From assembly GCA_002104905.1 (NCBI GenBank), contig MCFE01000180.1:77691-141690 (forward strand): 64,000 bases of DNA. The letters run 5' to 3'. The DNA is from Basidiobolus meristosporus CBS 931.73 (Eukaryota > Fungi > Basidiobolomycota). Below are positions 56,976-64,000 of this stretch, piece after piece (position 1 is the stretch's first letter; every line of letters starts with the position of its first letter). The position numbers and the translations under genes are program-made. The notes beneath the pieces were generated by a model, which saw only the letters and a list, made by a program, of their open reading frames with translations, was not told where the DNA came from and searched no databases.

Positions 56976-57935
56976 TTATAGTTCAAGTTCGGGTGACACA
57001 TACTCATGATACGGCGATGCTATCCAATACAAGCAACATTGTACTATACTAGCGCACAGCGGGGCAAACCATGGAATCCAGTGTTGCTGGTAGTTACCAG
57101 AAGCGACAGCAACCCCAAGATACTTGCCGGGGTTACCGCCCACACCAATAAACCCCGTAGTGAGCCCACCACTGACAAAGATATTAAGCCCGAGAGCAAT
57201 GGCGACACCGGTGCCAGGTAACACGTTGCCAAAAACTTTCCGTTGCTTGGGATCAAGACCAACGCCTAGGGTCAGCCAAGCATACGCCCAGCTATAGAAA
57301 AACTCTAGACAGAAAGCCTGACCCATAGTCACCACCTCCTCATTGTAGCCCCATGAGCCAAGCTTAGTAGCCTCGGTGACCATGTGGCCACAGGTGGCGC
57401 GAAGTGCTGCTCCCCCAAGAATAGCACCTACGCACTGCATAAATACATAGATAATCCCGCGAGGCACGGAACAAAGTCGGGTACCAACTGTAAGCCAGGT
57501 TGCCATCGTATTCAATTGAGAGCCGGGTGTAGCCGTGGCAGACAAAGCGAGCAGTGTTTGGGTGCCAAAGGTTCCTAGGCCAACATTCAGCGACACAACT
57601 GGTCCCCCAATCCGGATGGCCCAGACGGTAACACCACAGGACATGAGGACGTAAAACATCATCAAGAAACATACGTAAATACCCGACCTCCAGACTGTTA
57701 GATCAAGGAACACCGACCAATCAAACATTTCTTCGAAAGTTAAATGATCCACATTAGTTCTGTTCTGTTGCTGATCTTCTGCAGCAGGCGTTCTGGAAAG
57801 GGATTTCTGATCTGGAGAGGGCTTGAGGGGATCCTGGCGACAGTGAGGAGCGTGAGCTTCGATTGAGACAGCGCTCACGATGGGCTCCGTCACCGTCGTC
57901 ATGACTTCATTCTGATTTGCAGCGGTGGCTGACAT
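56976..57935 (-). CDS. Aquaporin (MIP), XIP-like, with atypical NPA boxes
   Basis: Six hydrophobic segments, VGLDPKQRKVFG, loop B QLNTM, loop E GNPGK, HWIPWFAP. Confidence 0.85.
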   Translation of the reverse strand: MSATAANQNEVMTTVTEPIVSAVSIEAHAPHCRQDPLKPSPDQKSLSRTPAAEDQQQNRTNVDHLTFEEMFDWSVFLDLTVWRSGIYVCFLMMFYVLMSCGVTVWAIRIGGPVVSLNVGLGTFGTQTLLALSATATPGSQLNTMATWLTVGTRLCSVPRGIIYVFMQCVGAILGGAALRATCGHMVTEATKLGSWGYNEEVVTMGQAFCLEFFYSWAYAWLTLGVGLDPKQRKVFGNVLPGTGVAIALGLNIFVSGGLTTGFIGVGGNPGKYLGVAVASGNYQQHWIPWFAPLCASIVQCCLYWIASPYHEYVSPELEL

Positions 57936-59049
57936 GCACTATGCGGTTTGGAGGAGCCCCTTGCTTTTATGCGAAAATATCTGCCGCGAAGTCCCAAACC
58001 ACATGCATTATCGGCCACGAAATAAGGAATTCCGGAAAAGAACAACCTTAATATGGCCTAGCCATTATAGATATGCTCATTTTTGTAAGGATCCAAGACA
58101 CATGGGATTCGCTCCCTACGTAAGTTCTGGGAAATAGATTCTTCCATGAATCTTTCTAGTGTGTGATTGCTGCTGGAGCAAAGTATCTTCCACCGGAAGG
58201 CCCTTTGCCTTCCAAGTTCCCGATAATCTGGTTGTTTCACCTGTTTGGGGATAACCGGCAGTGGAACTGTAGAATCAAGGGGCGATGGCCGCTACGGGTG
58301 TGATCATTGTCCCAGGATGAGGATGGCCAGTGGATGGTGCCTGGCCGGGCACGAGCAAGCGCGGATGTAAGAATCTGCTCGTCGATGGTAAAGCCTATGT
58401 CCGGTGGTACTGGGGAGAGCGGAGGTGGAAAAATAGCCTTATGCGAGGTAAAGATTAGGATCGCTATTCAGATTGTTGAACACCGAATTCATTTGATTAG
58501 CCAATTATTCACCATCAACAATTAATTTCCATGGACTTCACCTAAAACCCTGAGTGCTGCACATTTGTAGAAAAATTTCCGAGTTCATCAAGCTCATGGA
58601 TGCTCCTGGGACCTTCCTTATCGTGGTTGACTTGCGTTATGGGAAAGGTTAATTGCAGATATTGCTCCCGATTCAACTTTGAAACCTAATCCTATTAAAA
58701 TTATCCAGATTTCCATATTTCACCATCATTTCTTGCCAAAAGAGCCCCATGCCACTTTTTGGCCTCACTCGGCTTCTCTGCTCATCCTATTTCCGTGGAT
58801 GCTCTTTTAGGCTCCGGTTTTTCAAGATATCCGCTTGGTTGAGTCCCGGATGCAGAGCCGCTTTGTAATGACCGTGTTAGGGGATCTATCAGATGTCGAT
58901 TCCCTCAGAAATCCCCTACGTCTGTTATTGGGTGTCGCTTTGTAGCAGCCCTGAATTTACTGGTAGGATGGCGAGTGTCAGTGGTCGTGGCGGTTTCTAC
59001 CAATTGTTTGATCGAGTGCATAACTGATATTAATGGTGGGTCTTTTGCA

Positions 59050-59400
59050 AGGGCCTGTGGCCAATGCCGAAACAGTCCTCAATTCCTTCCTGACTGAAAT
59101 CATACCAAATTATGGCAAGATGGTGATCATGGCATAGTGCAGCCCTTTCATTATTGAGGCCTTGAGCGCAATCCTAGCCACCCTCAACATCAAGGAGAGA
59201 CATAGCATCCCATACTGGCCCCAGAACAATGGTCACGCGGAAAGATCAAACCAAAATATCCTTAAATGAAGGGAAAAATCAGCGGCGACTCCACAGACCT
59301 CCAAAAGGCTCTATTGATTTGCAGTGCAACATAGAACGAAGAAGCGGTCTACAGATATGAACTCAAAATCCTACACTCATGGCGATATAATCCCATCTGA
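59050..59400 (+). pseudogene. Ty3/gypsy-type integrase core remnant
   Basis: Manual translation gives AETVLNSFLTEIIPNYG and HSIPYWPQNNGHAERSNQNIL (cf. YHPQSNGQAER.N). The sequence stops at the 59545 junction. Confidence 0.7.
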
Positions 59401-59544
59401 GACTAGGAATCAGACTTAAACTTCCGGCTGACAGCGATCAAGGATACCTTAGCTACTGCGCGACAAGACGCCACCTCACGTGCAGTAAACAGACCGGAAC
59501 GAAGACGCATACTATGATGCCAATTTGTGCTTCCACGAAAGTTC

Positions 59545-60065
59545 GGGTTAGGGGGGAGGAAAGTCACCAAGTGGTGAAATCTTTATTTACTTATGACAAG
59601 TATCTAAAGAAGCCAAGTTAATCTGAAGTAATTCCTAGAAAGCTAGGTCTGAGAGATATCTTCCTGGTAAGCCAGGTCTGAGGGTTGAGAAGCTGAGTGG
59701 TACTATATTTCCTAGTTAGCTAGGTCTGAGAGAGGTTTCCTGGAAAGCCAGGCCTGAGAAGTGAGAATCTGAATATATCTGAGCTAAGTTATACTGGTTT
59801 GCGGTAGCTGAATTGTGGCCGGAATGGCCAGTAGACTGGGGGAACTGAGATGAATTTCTGGGCGATCACTGGCCAAATTTACTAGGCAAATCTGACCAAT
59901 TAGCATTTCAAGGATTTCAGCCAATCAGAGCCTTTACTTTGCCTGATGGTTGATCAAGCCATCTCCCAATGAGCACACATCAATTTATTGATCAAATTTT
60001 GCTGGATCCAGGATTTGAACCCACAACCATGGGTATGGAAGGGTTAGGGATAACCACAAGGCTAA
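59545..60065 (-). mobile_element. tRNA-derived SINE-like non-autonomous retroelement with LINE-derived 3' tail, attached at a telomeric repeat
   Basis: A box 60054-60064 and B box 60011-60021; no T4 run on the sense strand; 3' ~80 nt homologous to the LINE 3' UTR; ends CCCTAACCC. Confidence 0.8.
60011..60064 (-). promoter_or_regulatory. Pol III type-2 internal promoter (A and B boxes)
   Basis: TAGCCTTGTGG (one mismatch to TRGCNNAGYGG) and a perfect GGTTCAAATCC, 32 nt apart as in tRNA. Confidence 0.75.
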
Positions 60066-60154
60066 GTTAGGGGAGGGAAAGTCACCAAGTTGGTGAAATC
60101 TTTATTTGGGTTAAGAACTAATCTAAGTACAAATAAAGAAGCCAATTAAGAGGT

Positions 60155-63004
60155 CTAGAACCTCTCTAATAAGTAATCTAATTTATGTTTTGTTTCATCT
60201 CTAATGTTTGTTTCAATAAAGTAAAGCTCATCAGGGGTAAATATAAAATTCAGGGGTTTTGGGGGAAGTACAAATTGTAGATGTTTCGGATCAATATAAT
60301 CCAAGACTGGAACCCAGCCTGGGATTAGGTGTAGTAGGAAAGGTGTGTGGACTTGTAAGTAGCTCTGCCACATAGATCTTAGATGGTCCTGAGCCAGTAG
60401 TCTTGGTTTCTCAGCTTTTTGAAGTTTTGAAGCAAGCTCTGTTACTACAGCAGAGCCAACCAGGGTGTGCCAGCAAGAAGATTTCAGGGAGGAGTTAGAT
60501 TGAAGCCATAGTTTGATGGAGGGGTTATGTGATTTCTGAAGTTTGACTAGGAAGGAAGCCCGGAGATAGATCATTTGGATTTGGTATGGGTAGAACCCAA
60601 AGGCTCCATTAGTTGCATGGATATAGGGAGATACTGGAAGATAAGGTACCAAGGATCTGATACACTGATGGAGAAATTTATCCAGGCGGTGAAGTTCTCT
60701 GGAGGTTAGGGGTATAATGTGGAGACCAAATTCAAGTACTGGCAGCACATACTGCTTCAGAAGTATAGGGATCTTTTGAATTGGAGTGTCTGGAGTGACT
60801 ACTACCAGAAGCTTTTTGAGAGCCTGTTGGGCAAGACGGATCCTATTATTCAGGTGGAGCTTTGAGTCAATCCCATGTTGACAAAACGGCAGACCTAGAT
60901 ATATTGCAGTTTGTTGTGGCAGAATGCTAGTGTTCTGTATAGTTGTAGTGCATCCAATTGGGACTGTCTTGGAAATTGAGAGTGAGAGGTTGTTGGCAGC
61001 CAAGTACTTCTCAATGATGGCAGTGTCTGCTATGGGATTAGGAGTAGCAATCTTGATATCATCCGCATAGAGAGTTAGTAGTGGATAGGGAGAGTCTGGT
61101 GAGGGGCCTTTTGGAAATAAAGGAAAGTCATGTAGGAATATCACAAATAGTAAGGGACCTAGTACAGATCCTTGGACTACTCCATTTGGAACCTCATAAG
61201 TCTCTGATGTGCAACTTGGATGCAAAATTTTGGCTGAGTTCTCACAAAATAGAGAACGTACAAGAAGGGTCATTGGTAGTGTGGTAACTGCTAATAGCTT
61301 TCTCCAAAGCAGAGCTCTGTCCACAGAGTCAAAGGCTTTAGTAATGTCAAACAGAATGGTTGGCAATGAGAATTGAAGTGAATGATCATGGCTTAGCACT
61401 ACAGCCATATCCAAGGAGAGTTTGGGCAAGAAGCCAAACTGAGAAGGATGGAATGGATATAGTTGAGATTGCAAGGATCTTGCTATCATAAGCTCAAAGA
61501 TTTTCCGGCAGGTTGGTAGGAGTGAAACTGGCCGGTAAGAACCTGGGAGTGAGTGTTTCCCCTTCCCTTTGTATAAGGGTATTACATTTGCCTGTGACCA
61601 GGCCTTTGGGGTAGTCAATTGTTGGGCACAGATAGAGTAGAATGGGAGAAGTAAGTGACTCATTTTGGAGTAGCACACCCGGAGTAGATCGTAGGTAATC
61701 AAGTCATGTCCAGGTGCAGTATTTGCAGGAAGCTTCTTTAAAATTTTCTCCAGAAGCTTTGCTGAAACCACAATTGGAGATGTTGGACTGGTGGATATGT
61801 TACCAGTATGGTAGAAAGGAGGAGTGGGATGCATGGTTGAATCAAAGAATATAGGGGCCAGTTTGTCTGGTGATGGTATACTCCTTGCTTGGGGTCTCAT
61901 GGCTTTGTATACTCTTGATATGGACCTTGTGGTGGCATTCATATTTACTAAGGGCAAGGTATCCATGATATGAGCCCATAATCTAGTATGCTCAGTGATC
62001 TGTAGTGACTTGGAGTAGGAGATTGCGCTTTCCAGGAGGTTCTGTGTTTTTGGGTTAGGGAAACATAGGTAGCTGGAATTTAAGGCAGAAATGATGGATT
62101 TCCATTTAAGTTGGTTTGCAGATGGCTTTTGGTAGGACTTGGTGGGCAGGGCCAGACAGCCAGTGATTATAATGAAATGCTGGTAAAATAGCCATAATGC
62201 ATTTATATCATCACAAATCCATGCAGGTAAGCTGGGAAATGCATATTCTGTAAGCAAGGATAGGTAGTTGGCAAAGTCCTGTGTCTGTGATACTGAAGCT
62301 TTGGCTGGCAGGATTGTAAACGGCTGAAGAAGGGTGCCAATTGGTAGGGTTTTTCTGGCAGAAATGATAATATGTATTGGCTTGTGATCAGATTTCTCTA
62401 GTGAACCACAGCTGATATCCTCTGGAATGCTTGTAACCTGGTGGATGTACTGTAAGGCAGCTGGAGTAGCTGTTACCCAGTCAACACAACGTTGAGCTTG
62501 CTGAGTGTTTACAGTGACCAGATGATTTTGTCGGAGGAACTTTTTAAAGTGCTCCTCTCGGGTTCTAAGTCTGGATGAAATAGTGGTGATATTTTCAGGG
62601 TGGGGGATATTTATATCTCCCACTACCATACAAGGGATTGATGAGCTGTTGATGAATTCTGATGTGGCCAAGAAAATTGCCAGTGTTATGGAGTTAGACA
62701 GAGATGGAGGGAGATAGATAATAATGGCTACTATAGTTGGAAGTGTTAGAGCATAGCAGTAATACTCATAGATGATGGATACATTTGCTGAGGGTGCAAG
62801 CTTAGAAGATGAAAGAGCAACAAGTGCCATTGAGTGAGCTGGAAATTTTGGGTGAGCAGATGAATATGCATTCAGTCTAGAGGGAAGTTTTGGCAACTTA
62901 ACATCAATTAGTAGGAGCAAGGAATATTCCTTTTTCAGTAAGTTTTCTAATTCAGCTACAGTTGGAGTGATGGAGTTGCAATTGAGTAAGAGTATGTTCT
63001 GTAG
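60155..63004 (-). CDS. LINE ORF2: APE endonuclease + reverse transcriptase (open frame extends to 63004, no initiating AUG)
   Basis: APE: NILLLNCNSI, YLPP, GDIN, VDWV, SDHKPI. RT: APGHDLI, YRPVSLL, QFGF, DITKAFDSV, GVVQGSVLGPLLF, YADD (61058-61069). No stops; no RNase H or CCHC tail seen. Confidence 0.93.
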   Translation of the reverse strand, partial: LQNILLLNCNSITPTVAELENLLKKEYSLLLLIDVKLPKLPSRLNAYSSAHPKFPAHSMALVALSSSKLAPSANVSIIYEYYCYALTLPTIVAIIIYLPPSLSNSITLAIFLATSEFINSSSIPCMVVGDINIPHPENITTISSRLRTREEHFKKFLRQNHLVTVNTQQAQRCVDWVTATPAALQYIHQVTSIPEDISCGSLEKSDHKPIHIIISARKTLPIGTLLQPFTILPAKASVSQTQDFANYLSLLTEYAFPSLPAWICDDINALWLFYQHFIIITGCLALPTKSYQKPSANQLKWKSIISALNSSYLCFPNPKTQNLLESAISYSKSLQITEHTRLWAHIMDTLPLVNMNATTRSISRVYKAMRPQARSIPSPDKLAPIFFDSTMHPTPPFYHTGNISTSPTSPIVVSAKLLEKILKKLPANTAPGHDLITYDLLRVCYSKMSHLLLPFYSICAQQLTTPKAWSQANVIPLYKGKGKHSLPGSYRPVSLLPTCRKIFELMIARSLQSQLYPFHPSQFGFLPKLSLDMAVVLSHDHSLQFSLPTILFDITKAFDSVDRALLWRKLLAVTTLPMTLLVRSLFCENSAKILHPSCTSETYEVPNGVVQGSVLGPLLFVIFLHDFPLFPKGPSPDSPYPLLTLYADDIKIATPNPIADTAIIEKYLAANNLSLSISKTVPIGCTTTIQNTSILPQQTAIYLGLPFCQHGIDSKLHLNNRIRLAQQALKKLLVVVTPDTPIQKIPILLKQYVLPVLEFGLHIIPLTSRELHRLDKFLHQCIRSLVPYLPVSPYIHATNGAFGFYPYQIQMIYLRASFLVKLQKSHNPSIKLWLQSNSSLKSSCWHTLVGSAVVTELASKLQKAEKPRLLAQDHLRSMWQSYLQVHTPFLLHLIPGWVPVLDYIDPKHLQFVLPPKPLNFIFTPDELYFIETNIRDETKHKLDYLLERF

Positions 63005-63802
63005 TCAGGCAGACTCTGAGGTTGCCTGTTCCTGCTGAAACTCTTGCACTGCCCTTTGTAAATTTCCAGAATTATTCCACAACTCTTCAAATGGAGCTTG
63101 CGTAATGTCTTTCAGGATTCTAATTGCTTCCTCTTTCAAGAAGTAGGCCACATCATAGGTTGGAGCCTGTTTCTTAATGGCAGCAAAGAAAGCCATAATT
63201 GCCATGTGAGCTGGCGGCTTGTTGAATATTCCTGGCTCAGTGTCCATTGACTCTGGTGGAATGATTGTGAATTTGGTAGGCACCCAGTTTAGATTTTTTG
63301 CCAGATACTTAGTCAATGCAGTGGAGAAGTTTCTGTCTACAATCATTTCTAGGATCTTTCCTCTTCTCCAAGCTAGGTTAACAATTTTTGAAGTGTCAAT
63401 ATTTAGAGAGCGGAATGTATGTCTGATGTTTGATATAGTAGTCCATGGAACATTGGCAAAGTATAGCAAGGACCAATTCTGGAGCTGAGGTAAGTTTGCT
63501 GGAGGCTTATAGGTAGACTTCTTGGCAGGTTGTGTGGTAGGCTTAAGTGTTTCCAAGGTAGCAAGTTGTGGTTGAGACTTTTTGGAATTACGTATGACTT
63601 TGGAAAGAATTCTGCCAGCAACTGTGTCAGGAATGTTAGTACTCATTGATGGTGCAGGGCCTGGCTCCTGGTACTGCTTTTGTAGAATACTTGAGTATGT
63701 CTCTTTTTGTTTTCCTTTATCCAATGTGCTATGCCTTGGAATGGGATTTTGGGGAATAGAGACTTCAGGTATCAACTCTGGGGTCTGGTGATTGTCCAAC
63801 AC
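63005..63802 (-). CDS. LINE ORF1 (N-terminally truncated by the telomere)
   Basis: Basic Pro-rich N-part, then LLYFANVP..IRHTFRSLNIDTSKIVNL..LEMIV, recalling ORF1 of Mucoromycota LINEs. The track's start is a GTG directly behind a telomeric TAA. Confidence 0.75.
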   Translation of the reverse strand: MLDNHQTPELIPEVSIPQNPIPRHSTLDKGKQKETYSSILQKQYQEPGPAPSMSTNIPDTVAGRILSKVIRNSKKSQPQLATLETLKPTTQPAKKSTYKPPANLPQLQNWSLLYFANVPWTTISNIRHTFRSLNIDTSKIVNLAWRRGKILEMIVDRNFSTALTKYLAKNLNWVPTKFTIIPPESMDTEPGIFNKPPAHMAIMAFFAAIKKQAPTYDVAYFLKEEAIRILKDITQAPFEELWNNSGNLQRAVQEFQQEQATSESA

Positions 63803-64000
63803 TTAGGGTTAGGGTTAGGGTTAGGGTTAGGGTTAGGGTTAGGGTTAGGGTTAGGGTTAGGGTTAGGGTTAGGGTTAGGGTTAGGGTTAGGGTTAGGGTT
63901 AGGGTTAGGGTTAGGGTTAGGGTTAGGGTTAGGGTTAGGGTTAGGGTTAGGGTTAGGGTTAGGGTTAGGGTTAGGGTTAGGGTTAGGGTTAGGGTTAGGG
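63803..64000 (+). repeat. Telomere, 33 perfect TTAGGG repeats running to the window end
   Basis: Direct reading; the G-strand points outward. Confidence 0.98.

Larger units (their letters stand above)
60066..63802 (-). mobile_element. Telomere-abutting APE-type non-LTR retrotransposon (LINE), 5'-truncated
   Basis: ORF1 plus APE-RT ORF2; the 3' end reads ...tttccctcccctaac with no poly(A); the 5' end is fused to (TTAGGG)n. Confidence 0.92.

Noticed and set aside
59632-59760. CRISPR-like array
   Set aside because: Eukaryotic context, only four units, spacers related as a dimer, and no cas genes.
59545-60065. Telomerase RNA gene
   Set aside because: It has a template-like decamer, but no pseudoknot or CR4/5 was recognised, and the LINE-like tail and position favour a SINE.
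59998-60071. Functional tRNA gene
   Set aside because: The 5' acceptor strand is missing and the D and anticodon stems do not pair; it fits a SINE head better.
60155-63004. Penelope/Athena element or TERT
   Set aside because: An APE domain and LINE-type RT motifs are present; no GIY-YIG or TERT T-motif.

Overview
This is a right-hand chromosome end from a eukaryote, most likely an early-diverging fungus (inferred from short introns, a TTAGGG telomere, a fungal XIP-type aquaporin and a Mucoromycota-like LINE ORF1). Three blocks of transposon debris (about 1-9.5, 25-35 and 43-54.5 kb) are CpG-poor and dominated by one Ty1/copia family and a CCCTA-TIR DNA transposon. They alternate with CpG-normal gene islands: STF2-like, ArfGAP, F-box/LRR, REC114, DIB1, LACTB2, stomatin, a GPI-type substrate-binding protein and an aquaporin. 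The main result is the terminal 4.5 kb. A broken Ty3/gypsy remnant is followed, head-to-tail, by a ~520-bp tRNA-derived SINE-like element, then an APE+RT LINE, then 33 perfect TTAGGG repeats. SINE and LINE share a 3' stem-loop, lack poly(A) and both end in telomere-complementary CCCTAAC. The LINE is 5'-truncated inside ORF1 and capped by telomere repeats. Its ORF2 has no AUG before the first endonuclease motif and sits in frame behind ORF1 across a single TGA-CTA. Together this looks like a telomere-targeted LINE/SINE pair with probable stop-codon readthrough. All homology calls are by motif recognition; no searches were run.
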